DNA from: Mobula hypostoma
Lineage: Eukaryota
Direction: 5' to 3'
Length of the DNA stretch: 64,000 nucleotides
NCBI RefSeq assembly: GCF_963921235.1
Contig: NC_086109.1
Span: 35,156,001 to 35,220,000, forward strand
Of the stretch, positions 13,162 through 23,553 are shown piece after piece. Positions within the stretch are counted from its first letter, which is position 1, and each line of letters starts with the position of its first letter. The notes under the pieces were generated by a model. The model was not told where the DNA came from. It saw only the letters and a list, made by a program, of their open reading frames with translations, and ran no database searches. Both the position numbers and the translations under genes were made by a program.

Positions 13162-13241
13162 CAGGGGTTCCCATCCTTTTTTATGCCATGGACCAATACC
13201 ATTAAGCAAGGGGTCCATGAACTCCACATTGGGAACCTCTG
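13162..13241. mobile_element. 80-bp hAT (Charlie/Buster-type) MITE
   Basis: TIRs caggggttccca / tgggaacctctg; 8-bp TSD ccttagag/ctttagag with central TA; second copy at 38732. Confidence 0.8.
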
Positions 13242-13481
13242 CTTTAGAGGCTACAAAGCAAAATGCAACTGCTTTTAAAATACATTATTCATAAATGAAC
13301 AAAAACAGCACTGTCAGCAGTCAGTGACTCTGAGACCAGTTTACCTGTTGTAGGCCTCATTGAAATTTGCAGTGACTTTGGAAATTAATCTGGAAACTAT
13401 TCTTTGCAACGTTAGCCAGTTTCCTCTTACTGTTGTTTTACTGCTGTATTGAACTGTAATGAAAGTTATGATAAAGCATTA

Positions 13482-14356
13482 TGTGACAAGAATACACATA
13501 GATTAAGATGTTAGCTGTCCTGTGCTGGCACCAGTGGGATCAGCAGTTGGTCTGCCACTTGTCTTCAGGAGAGAGAGAGATAAGGAAAACAGTGGAGCAG
13601 CATTTGGAGATGTTAATGAAGGAAGGAGAGCTGTCAAGATCGGCTCCCCCTTTGAACCCTGAACTCTTTGAAGTGATGGACAGGCGATACCCCAGCAGGG
13701 GGATAAAAAGGGACAGGTTCGCTAAGGCAGGACACACACGACACTCCGAGGTAACGAGACCCTGGAAGCGGTGCTTCTCCCACAAGCCGGTGGGAAGTTT
13801 TTGGACGGCTGATCGTGGGATCAAGCCATAGATGCTCAGGGTGGAAAGGCACGATCGGCGGGAACCTGGTGTGTGTCCACCCTTGCCTGGGTGCCAGGTT
13901 CACTGCAGAGAAACGATCGTATCGGGAAACGGAGGGGTTACGGTCGGTGACCTCAGATGACATCACAAAGGACTCGCCCAAAAGCTGACTGCGAAGGCCT
14001 GTGTGGAAGCCGTTTTGAATATTCATTCGTTTTGCTCTCTCTCCCCTTCCCCCCCACTGTCCATTGCCATGGCAGCGATTACTGCGTACTGAACTGAACT
14101 AAATTGAACTGAACTTTGCGTCACTTTGAAACTGGTCATTTACCCCTAGACAACGATAGAGCTTGATTGATCCTGTTATCTTAATTCTGTGTACATGTGT
14201 GTTTATCATTGCTGAACTGTTGCATTTATTATCCTTTTGATTAAAGTACTGTGTTGCTTGTTTCTTTAATAAAACTTTCTTAGTTCCAGTAATCCAGACT
14301 CCAACTGAGTGATCCATTTCTGCTGGTTTGGCAACCCAGTTACGGGGTACGTAACA
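13482..14356 (+). repeat. 5' LTR (875 bp)
   Basis: TGTGAC...GTAACA termini; AATAAA at 14268; direct repeat of 17545-18439. Confidence 0.95.
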
Positions 14357-14360
14357 TAAG

Positions 14361-14379
14361 TGGGGGGCTCGTCCGCGAT
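14361..14379 (+). promoter_or_regulatory. Primer-binding site, tRNA-Pro
   Basis: tggggggctcgtccgcgat closely matches the canonical tRNA-Pro PBS TGGGGGCTCGTCCGGGAT and lies 4 nt after the LTR. Confidence 0.85.
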
Positions 14380-14567
14380 TTTGAACGCTAAATTTGGGAC
14401 GGAGTAAATTGATTGGGTCAAAATTCCCGAAAGAAAGAAAAGACAAACAGCAGAAATGGAGGCTGAGGAAATTATAAAGGCGCCGACCTTGGAGGCATTA
14501 GAGGATGCCAGGAAATCGGAATTGGTAGCTGTGGCCAACGGTTGAAATTGCTAAGGGGAAGTCGACA

Positions 14568-17228
14568 ATGAGGAGAGAGGAGATACACAGAGCTATCGTA
14601 GAGCACTATGTATCTAAAGGTGTGTTTCCCCAAGGCGAGCTGGAGGTGGTGTCTATTGAAAAACCTGCTGGAGACGCGGTACAGGTGCAGCTTGAAAAAC
14701 TGAGACTCGAGCACGAGTTCCGGGTAAGGCAATTGGAGCGAGAGGAGAAAGAGAGAGAGTTGGAAAGGCAGGAGAAAGTGAGAGAGTTAGAAAGGCAAGA
14801 GAGAGAGTTAGAAAGGCGGGAGAGAGAGAGAGAGAGACAGTTGGAGCGAGAGGAGAAACAGAGGGAAAGGGAATTCGAGCTGGAGAAGTTAAAGATAAGG
14901 GCAGAGCAGGGGCTCGTGCCGAACCAAGGTGGAGGGTTCCGGGCAACCCAGGAGGTTAGGCTGGTTCCCCCATTTGATGATACCGACGTGGATTGGTACT
15001 TCCTCCATTTCGAAAAAGTTGCTACAAGTCAGGACTGGCCGAGGGATAAGTGGGCTGTTTTGCTTCGGAGTGTACTGAAAGGGAAAGCCCAAGAAGCTTA
15101 CTCAGCTTTGTCCCCGGAAGATGCCCAGAGGTATGAGGTGGTGAAAGAGGCCATCCTCAGGATTTATGAGTTGGTCCCGGAGGCATACCGGCAGAGGTTC
15201 CGGAATGCGAGGAAGCAGTGGGACTGCACATATTTAGAGTTTGCTCGTGAGATGCAAACATATTGTGAGTGTTGGTGCGCCTCAAAGGGGGTAGAGGGGG
15301 ATTATGACAGACTGCTACAGCTGATCCTGATTGAGCTGTTTAAAAGTTGTGTCCCTGAGGGTATGAGACCCTACCTAGATGAGAAAGAGGCAGCCACGTT
15401 AGCCGCAACTGCTAAGTTAGCGGATGAGTATGCATTGACGCATAAAATGAAGTTTGCCCCAAGTAAAGGCTACCAGAAGGGTAGTCAGGAGGGCGGGGAG
15501 AGTCCGCCAGAAAAGTCAGAAAGTAAGCCGGGGACGAGTGAGAAGGATAAGGTAGACCGGGAGCAGTCTGGTAGGAAGTCTTCTGGGGTCGTCTGTTATA
15601 ATTGCGAGAAAGTCGGACACTTTGCGTCCAGGTGCTTTGCCCCAAAGAAGGAGACGGGAAAAGGAAAAATGGCGATTTTGACTGGCTGTATCGAGCTGGT
15701 AAATGAACCACTAGGACAGGACAGGTCTGCCAAAGTTCAGGAACGGCGCGAGAGGTTTACCTCGGCCGGATTGGTGTCGGTGAAGGAGGGGTTAAAACCA
15801 GTTCCAGTGCAGATCTGGAGAGACACGGGAGCGTGTCAGTCACTAATACTGAAGAGTGTATTAGAGTTTAGCTCAGAGACCCAGACTGGGGAGGTCAAGG
15901 TCAAAGGTATTGGGGAAGGGACTGAGGCCGTCCCTTTGCACCAGATACACTTACAAAGCAACCTGGTCTCTGGACTAGTCACGATCGGGGTGAGGTCCGA
16001 ATTACCGATGAAAGGCGTGGAAGTCTTGCTCAGTAATGACCTCGCCGGGGGAATCGTGTTCCCAGCAGTGAGATTGACAGGTCAGCCTGCCAGCATTGAG
16101 GCCCCGCCCATGGACTCACAGGTTCATCATGGGACTGCGGTAGTAAATTTAGCTGAGACGTTTCTGCCAGCCTTGTACGAGAAGGGGGTAGAAAGTGAAA
16201 AGAAGGAGTGTAGTGAAACAAGAGGTAGGGAGGGAGCTGAGACAGACTTAGCATTAGCCAGGAAAGAATTTGTGCAGGCGCAGGAGCGAGACGAGGGGCT
16301 GATGGTTTTGGCAGAGACAGCTCTCTCTGACACAGAATTAACAAGGGAACTAGTAGGCTATCATGTGGAGGAGGAAGTGCTAAGGAAGAAAGGGAGACCA
16401 AGTACCGTACCCGCAGATGAGGAATGGGGGGTGATGCAAAAGAGTTATGGGGATGAGATTTTTAACCTGGCCCAGAAAGTACCCCCCGGTGGACATTTTG
16501 CGGTGCTGGAGGAAACAGTTGGTGGAATCATGAAAGAGGTTTACTGGCTGCCCAGGAGGAAGGATGTTATTGATCATGGCAGACGCGAACTGAGACAGTC
16601 ACAGGCTTTTGATATGCTAACAAACCTAGTCGGTGTTAGCGCGGAAATCAATGAAGCTAGGGTCCCCCTGATAAGAGAAAAAAAACATTTTGAAAAGATG
16701 AGTATGGTATTGACCAGATGGGAGAAGGCTATTGTTTTGGCCAGCTCTGCTGATAAGGTCTCTCCCTTAATCCCCGAACAAAGCGACACTTTAGGAGAAG
16801 TAATTAAACGACTCACACACGTGTGTTTGATTGTCCCGAGGCGATGCAAAGAACTGGGACGTTGGGTGGTGTTTGTTACACTAGGTAAGCCTAGCGAGCA
16901 ACCACCCTATAGAATAAGTAATTCGGTGATGAAAGGGCTGATAAACACAGAGGTGTGTATTGGCGATGTAATACGGCTGTCTGGAGCCAGCTTGATAGTG
17001 AACCTTGAAAAAAATGAGTTCGGCCACACGAAGGTCACTTACCTGGGAATTGTGGTGACACAGTGGCAGCTGGCAACGATGCAAGCTAAAGTGCGGGCTA
17101 TCTCTGACATCCCAACCCCGACAGACATGAGGGCCCTCAGAAGGCTCTTGGAGATGGTGAGGTACTGTAGGAAGTTTTGCAATAACTCTGCGGTCACTAC
17201 CCCTCCCCCTCCTACTAAGACCTTGTGA
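14568..17228 (+). CDS. Gag (coiled coil, SCAN-like capsid domain, CCHC knuckle) - aspartic protease - truncated integrase/RT fusion, 886 aa
   Basis: Gag motifs FLHFEKVA..W..DKWA..L...LKGKAQEAY and YELVPEAYRQRFR; CYNCEKVGHFASRC at 15594-15635; protease RDTGA at ~15820; integrase zinc-domain remnant (GGH...EVYW) precedes RT remnants (PYR, VNLEK.EFG...VTYLG). The true gag start is probably ATG 14456 with a frameshift near 14540. Confidence 0.85.
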   Translation: MRREEIHRAIVEHYVSKGVFPQGELEVVSIEKPAGDAVQVQLEKLRLEHEFRVRQLEREEKERELERQEKVRELERQERELERRERERERQLEREEKQREREFELEKLKIRAEQGLVPNQGGGFRATQEVRLVPPFDDTDVDWYFLHFEKVATSQDWPRDKWAVLLRSVLKGKAQEAYSALSPEDAQRYEVVKEAILRIYELVPEAYRQRFRNARKQWDCTYLEFAREMQTYCECWCASKGVEGDYDRLLQLILIELFKSCVPEGMRPYLDEKEAATLAATAKLADEYALTHKMKFAPSKGYQKGSQEGGESPPEKSESKPGTSEKDKVDREQSGRKSSGVVCYNCEKVGHFASRCFAPKKETGKGKMAILTGCIELVNEPLGQDRSAKVQERRERFTSAGLVSVKEGLKPVPVQIWRDTGACQSLILKSVLEFSSETQTGEVKVKGIGEGTEAVPLHQIHLQSNLVSGLVTIGVRSELPMKGVEVLLSNDLAGGIVFPAVRLTGQPASIEAPPMDSQVHHGTAVVNLAETFLPALYEKGVESEKKECSETRGREGAETDLALARKEFVQAQERDEGLMVLAETALSDTELTRELVGYHVEEEVLRKKGRPSTVPADEEWGVMQKSYGDEIFNLAQKVPPGGHFAVLEETVGGIMKEVYWLPRRKDVIDHGRRELRQSQAFDMLTNLVGVSAEINEARVPLIREKKHFEKMSMVLTRWEKAIVLASSADKVSPLIPEQSDTLGEVIKRLTHVCLIVPRRCKELGRWVVFVTLGKPSEQPPYRISNSVMKGLINTEVCIGDVIRLSGASLIVNLEKNEFGHTKVTYLGIVVTQWQLATMQAKVRAISDIPTPTDMRALRRLLEMVRYCRKFCNNSAVTTPPPPTKTL

Positions 17229-17532
17229 CAGAAAACTAAGTCGGAATGGGACGACCCTTGTTATTGTGGTCCGGGACAAAACCCAATGAGGGGTTACATT
17301 GATCGCAATTCATCCGTGTTTTTGGCCACTATGAAGTTTGCTAAGTTGGAGCCTGGTCTAAGGGATTATTAATAACACATATAAAAGGAACAGAAAATGA
17401 GATGGCTGACTGTCTGTCAGGTGTTGACAACTTCAAATTCGCTGTATTAGCCAAATAGCTGATAAAGATGTATATTTGTGTGTATCAAATAATGTATTCA
17501 TGTTTGTAATTTTTACCCCGGTAAAAATCCTT

Positions 17533-17544
17533 AAAGGGGGGAAG
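17533..17544 (+). promoter_or_regulatory. Polypurine tract
   Basis: aaaggggggaag immediately before the 3' LTR. Confidence 0.85.
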
Positions 17545-18439
17545 TGTGACGAGAATCCACATAGATTAAGATATTAGCTGGCCTGTGCTGGCACCAGTGG
17601 GATCAGCAGTTGGTCTGCCACCTGTCTTGGGGAGAGAGAGAGATAAGGCAAACAATGGAGCAGCAATTGGAGATGTTAATGAAGGGACGGGAGAGTCTAA
17701 CAGAAGGAGAGCTGTCAAGATCGGCTCCCCCTTTGAACCCTGAACTGTTTGAAGTGATGGACAGGCGATACCCCAGCAGGGGGATAAAAAGGGACAGGTT
17801 CGCTAAGGCAGGACACACACACGACACCCCGAGGTAACGAGACCCTGGAAGCGGTGTGTCTCCCACAAGCCGGTGGGAATTTTTTGGATGGCTGATCGCG
17901 TGATCAAGCCATAGATGCTCAGGGTGGAAAGGCACGATCGGCGGGAACCTGGTGTGTGTCCACCCTTGCCTGGGTGCCAGGTTCACCGCAGAGAAACGAT
18001 CGTATCGGGAAACGGAGGGGTCACGGTCGGTGACCTCAGATGACATCACAAAGGACTCGCCCGAAAGCTGACTGCGAAGGTCTGTGTGGAAGCCGTTTTG
18101 AATATTCATTCGTTTTGCTCTCTCTCTCCTTCCCCCCCACTGTCCATCACCACGGCAGCGATTACTGCGAACTGAACTGAATTAAATTGAACTAAACTTT
18201 GCGTCACTTTGAAACTGGTCATTTACCCCTAGACAACGATAGAGCTTGATTGATCCTGTTATCTTAATTCTGTGTACATGTGTGTTTATCATTGCTGAAC
18301 TGTTGCATTTATTATCCTTTTGATTAGAGTACTGTGTTGCTTGTTTCTTTAATAAAACTTTCTTAGTTCTAGTAATCCAGACTCCAACTGAGTGATCCAT
18401 TTCTGCTGGTTTGGCAACCCAGTTACGGGGTACGTAACA
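17545..18439 (+). repeat. 3' LTR (895 bp)
   Basis: Direct repeat of the 5' LTR, with an extra ~18 bp near 17688. Confidence 0.95.
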
Positions 18440-19444
18440 ATTAAAAGGAATTTAATGCAAATGATAATTTTATAACATCAGGTTTTCCAGATTATAGCTT
18501 TGAAAGGAAATCTAAATATTCAAAGAAGAATGAAATCAATGGTGAAAATATGATTCTGTCAATGAAATGGAACTCGTATTATTTGTATCCGACAGATGGA
18601 ATTTAAACCTAACTAATATGAATTGATGCATTTTATGGGATCAAATAAGGATAGAATATACCGGAGGAATCTTGAGAGAAAAAGTCCATGAAGGTAGACA
18701 GGTACAAGTCCATGAAGGTAGACAGACACGGGAGGTTGACCTTCGATATCTGGCCACAAAATATAAGGGGAGTTTATTTGCCATTATGGTGTTGAAGGCA
18801 CAGTCATTGTCAATAAATAGCAACCTGCTATAAGGGACAAGCATTTTCTACTTTATCATGAACATCCAACTGTCTAACTAATGTCCTCAGAAAAGGAAAT
18901 TAGACTTGGATATGATTCTGGAAGTGATAACTTTTATCTGTCTTCTGCAATGACCAGGATGCTACATGGATTATAAATACGTGACTTGTCAGGGACATTC
19001 AGAATGATTTACATATGTGAATGCAACCAAAATCAAAAGATTTATGGTACAATGTGATTCAGATTGCAAAATTGATTTCCTTCTTGAGAATGTTATCACT
19101 TTGTACGAAATAGTGTTGGACCTGTCTGAATATATTTATAAAACTAATTAGCAATGAGGCATCTTGACTGCCATGCTGACAGTAATAGCTGTAATTCATC
19201 TCCTCATGGTTTTGGATTTATTCAGATAATGAGATAGTCTCATAATAACTTGGCAAAGAACATAAAATGTTATTGAACGCAAAGCTTCCAACATCTGTGG
19301 AATATTATTGGTCAATCATTTACTCATCTGTGTTTAACCTGCCAATGCATTGTGTAAGAATGTATTCACTACATATAGGCTTTTATGGGACAGGGCATAG
19401 AATATTGTTGTATATTTAATATTTTTATTATATTTGAGTAATCT

Positions 19445-19445
<1 letters not shown>

Positions 19446-19478
<33 letters not shown>
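19446..19478. repeat. (TG)n(TA)n microsatellite
   Basis: Directly visible in the sequence. Confidence 0.9.
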
Positions 19479-19479
<1 letters not shown>

Positions 19480-19524
19480 TTCTTGTTTGATTAAGCATTC
19501 TTGTTTGTTTGTTTATCTGACAAA

Positions 19525-20020
19525 AGTATTGGAGGAGGATCTGAATGAAATCTACTGGATGTTGAAAAGCCTAGATAGAGTGGACATGGAGAGGGTGTTT
19601 CCAGTAGTGGGAAAGAGCAGAGCCTCAGAATAGAGCATTAGATGAGGAGGAATTTATTTAGCCAGAGGGTGGTGAATCTGTGGAGGCCATCTACTCTTTA
19701 GTAAGGGCATCAAAGTTTAGAGGGAGAAGGCAGGAGAACGATATTGAGAGAGAAAATAAATCAGCCATGATCGAATCGTGAAATGGATTCAATGGGCTCA
19801 ATGCCTCATTCTGTTCCTATGTCCTATGGTCTTATGGAAATGAATTTTATCAAATTCTGAAAGATTACATAAGTGGCTGGATCACATAATCATTATGGGG
19901 GTATGGAGGGAAGGCTGGTACAGGGTTCTGAGTTGGATGATCAGCCATGATCATACTGAATGGCGGTGCAGGCTCGAAGGGCCGAATGGCCTACTCCTGC
20001 ACCTATTTTCTATGTTTCTA
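19525..20020 (+). mobile_element. Two CR1 3' tail fragments
   Basis: LDRVDMERVFP and SQRVVNLW remnants; 19895-20020 is near-identical to the 3' UTR of the CR1 at 58723. Confidence 0.75.
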
Positions 20021-20907
20021 TATTATTGCTTATTCTAGCAGCTTGATAGATGAGATACAGTAACTGCTGACATGTCATCAGAGTGTTATAAATTATGTAC
20101 ATACTGGTTGGGGATTGGAAACTTAATGATTCCAGCAAAAAAAATACAGGCAAATTTAATTTGCATCCTTCATTTCATTGTTCCACCATTAATTTAAATT
20201 GCATTAATGAAGTAATTTGCAATGTTTGATGCAAATTTCTAAATGAAAAGTACTGAAAGGCAGAAAATGATACGTTTGTTTATTTTAAATCATACATGCT
20301 TCCACTGTAATTTATTATGTTCTACTGTGTAAACTTTAGGAAATGACTAAATGGATTATACAGTAGAACTTCATGAATTATTTGTATTTTTTTTATATAT
20401 AGCAGTGCTAACCTGAATATTTGGCTGGTGATCAACTTGCTACACTGATAATGTGTGCATTGGGATATTGGTAAAACTATTTTAACCCCAAGAGTAAATT
20501 ACCAACTGTTTGTACTGGCTTAGGCTGTTTAATGTATGTGCTGTATGTGTGAACCATTATGGATATGACCTGTTGCACTGATTCAAGTACTTGACTAGAG
20601 CTTCTTCAATATTGTGAGAGTACCTACTTCCTCCACCTCAAGCAATACATTGCAGATTCCAGGCTCTCTTTGTGTTGAAGAAAAAAATCCTACTCCGATT
20701 CAACTAAACCACCTTCCTCTATTATTATACTGATGCTCTCTTGTTAACTTAAACATTACTAAAGTACAATCCTTTCCAATGCAGATGACTTTCTGAAACT
20801 TTGTGGATGACCTTCATTGCTGTATAAACTTGGAGGAAGTAAGCTGTGTGGTAAAACTCTAATGACCTTTGCAAATGGAATAAAGTCATTCTCCACGGAA
20901 ATGTTAT

Positions 20908-20967
20908 TTATCGGACAATGGTCATCCCTGTCATTTGGCTGTTCTGATGCAGGATACCCATTAATTC
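20908..20967 (-). CDS. Candidate terminal coding exon of an unidentified host gene
   Basis: Good acceptor (cttggctccttctcAG); the phase-0 reading is ELMGILHQNSQMTGMTIVR-stop. No homology recognised. Confidence 0.25.
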   Translation of the reverse strand, partial: ELMGILHQNSQMTGMTIVR

Positions 20968-21444
20968 CTGAGAAGGAGCCAAGATATAAATATTAAAAGC
21001 CATTTTTAACCTACAGTGACACTTTGTTGTGTGCGTTGGTTGACAGTCGGGGCCTTGGGTCCTTAATCAGTGAGCCACAGCTTGTTGATTGAAGCCACAG
21101 AGAAGCGTAGATACTGGATGAATGACCCTTCAGGCACCCATTGTTTTCTAAATTCTGTGTTCATGGAATTCATTTAAGCAAGCTCTAAGCTATCAGAAAA
21201 TAATACAATATTGAATTGAGAATATCACAGAAATAGTTAAATTAAATTACCTGGTTATAATTTATAACAATACATTGAATTTTAATTGAGAAGAGCGAAA
21301 TGAGAAAGACTGAGAAAATCCTGAAAGCCTCTGCCACACTGAAAATAGAAATGATTGGTGGGAGATTGTCATCCACGTTTTGCTTTTTGTTTAGTTTCAA
21401 TGGGCAGTACCTATGTTGGGCACCCAATGTTAAGATAACGAAGC

Positions 21445-21745
21445 ATGTTAGTGTAGCAGCTAGCAAAATGTTTCAGAATGCCAGCAACCAACCAAGGTTC
21501 AATTCCTCCACTGTCTAAGTGGAGTTTGTACGTTCTCCCTGAGACAGCCTGGGTTTCCTCTGTGTACTCTGTTTTTCTCCCACTTCCAAAAATGTACAGA
21601 TTAGGTTTATGGTTAGTACGTGTTGGTACTGAAAGCACAGTGCCACTTGTCCTCAGATGGTGTTGGTCGTTAATGCATACAACACATTCCACTGTATGTT
21701 TCAATGTTTTGATGTTCAACTGAAAAATAAAGCTGATTTTTAATC
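21445..21745 (+). mobile_element. tRNA-derived V-domain SINE (HE1-like)
   Basis: B-box ggttcaattcc followed by the V-domain gtttgtacgttctccc...gggtttcctc...ctcccac. Confidence 0.7.
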
Positions 21746-23553
21746 TCACTAATGCAAAAGAAGTGAAAGAAAAGTAAAAGGATATAACTGGTGGAGCAAA
21801 CAGAAAACCTGTGGCCTTTTCATAATTTATAATCCTTTTATTGAGACTTTCTGCAATTTGCAGCAAGATGACCAGAATGAATTAGTGGCTTTATTAAATA
21901 ATTTTAAATTATAAAGCAATTGGTACAGGAATTATGAGATGAGGTGGTTTGAATATCTTAAACTGTTGATCTTCTTGGATTTTCATGCACAACCGTCTCT
22001 AGAGTTTACAGGGAATAGTGTAAAAAACATCCAGTGAGAGGCAATAAACTATATGAACAATTTCAAATGATATTTATTGGTTATAATGATTTCACATAAA
22101 CAAAATATTACCTTCTGTCAGAAATGCCTGAACTTTTAACTTGAAAATTGAGGCTTGATTTCACATTTACTAAAAGCCTGGTACTACCTGGACTGTTTCT
22201 GGATCATTCAAAGTATTCATATTCCCTAAGTTTAATTACCTGTGGACTATTTCAATGCTGTAGATCCTGGGTTCAGAATAAGTAAAGCTTCTGTGCTTAT
22301 AGTTATTAAACCATTATAAGTTGTGTATGACTGAACTAAAAACAGAAAATGCTGGAAACGCTCACTGGGCCCATGGAAAGTGGGGAAAAAGATATTGTCA
22401 AAGGCTCTTCATCAGAATGACTGATTATCTGAAAGTTTATATTTTCACTTTTAAACAAGGAGCAGATATGTTCCTCATTCATGGTTATCTCCAATGTTTG
22501 TTAATTTTACAATCCATTTTATGGTAAGAGTAAATTAACATTGACTAAAAGATCATACAAATCTGAATAACTATTCCAGAAGAAGTTAGTATCTAAGATT
22601 GAATAGGGTTCCAAATAAAAACTATTCAATAATTGGCCAAATAGTAATATCACCTGAGTGCTTCTCTATTTCACCTCCAAGCTGTTTTGTTGTTCGAGGT
22701 AACGGAAGAGAGAATTACAAGGTACAACACCCTGACTAGGTAGACAAGTTCTAAAGTGCTTTTATTTGGTAAATTATTGAAAATATTTAGAGTAGTAATC
22801 ACTATAACCATACTGTTTTATTAATTTCCAGAAGTGATGATTCAAAAGGAAATGCACTTAAATGAAATACAGTAGGGATTATTTTCCCTGCAGAATAATA
22901 CATCACATTCTGCAATTATTAAAAAATGTCTTTTACAGGAAATCAATTTATCTTGCTAATAACCACCTTACTATCCCCAGTTTTTAGTCTCCAAGAGAAC
23001 AGTCATTTAAATCTTAGATCAATTTCTTTCCAAGCCTGTGTGGTTTCAGGGTCTCCTTATTTGCTCCTTTATGATCCTTAAAAACTTACACATAAGAGAT
23101 TGATTTATATCATATGCCCAATAAAATATATCCATTTCCCACATATGCACCCACCCCACATTATGCATGATTCCAATAGTTTCAGCAACTTTTCATGAAG
23201 TAAATTCCACTAACTTATTGGTATTTCTTTTCTTCCAATACCCCTTTGTTAAAATATCAAACAGATGTAAGAAATATCTTGTCCCCCTGACAAGGGAAAA
23301 TATCCAAGGTTGTTTTATTAGATTGCTCTTTCTGGCTATTTTTTTCAATCTTAATTAACCTATCATCTATACATCCTTCAGCACAATATTATTTAGGTAT
23401 TAAAAACCGCACTTAAAATCCACACAAAGACACAGAACTGGTTTTGTGAATAGTGTGGAGATCGCTTAAGTACATATTGTAACTTTTGCATCAGAAAACT
23501 ACTTTTCAACTTACTTTTGAGAAAAGTGAAGCTTGGTTTCATTCCACCTGCTT

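Larger units (their letters stand above)
13482..18439 (+). mobile_element. Complete Gypsy (Gmr1-like) LTR retrotransposon, internally deleted and non-autonomous
   Basis: Two TG...CA LTRs, 4-bp TSD ATTA (13478-13481, 18440-18443), PBS, PPT and a gag-pro-remnant pol ORF. Confidence 0.95.

Noticed and set aside
14700..14900. Glu/Arg-rich repeats resembling a host coiled-coil protein such as trichohyalin
   Set aside because: It lies inside the LTR element's Gag N-terminus; the similarity is low-complexity only.
18682..18725. 20-bp direct repeat aagtccatgaaggtagacag (also an 18-bp duplication at ~46662-46706)
   Set aside because: Only two units and no spacer series, so these are local slippage duplications and not a CRISPR-like array.
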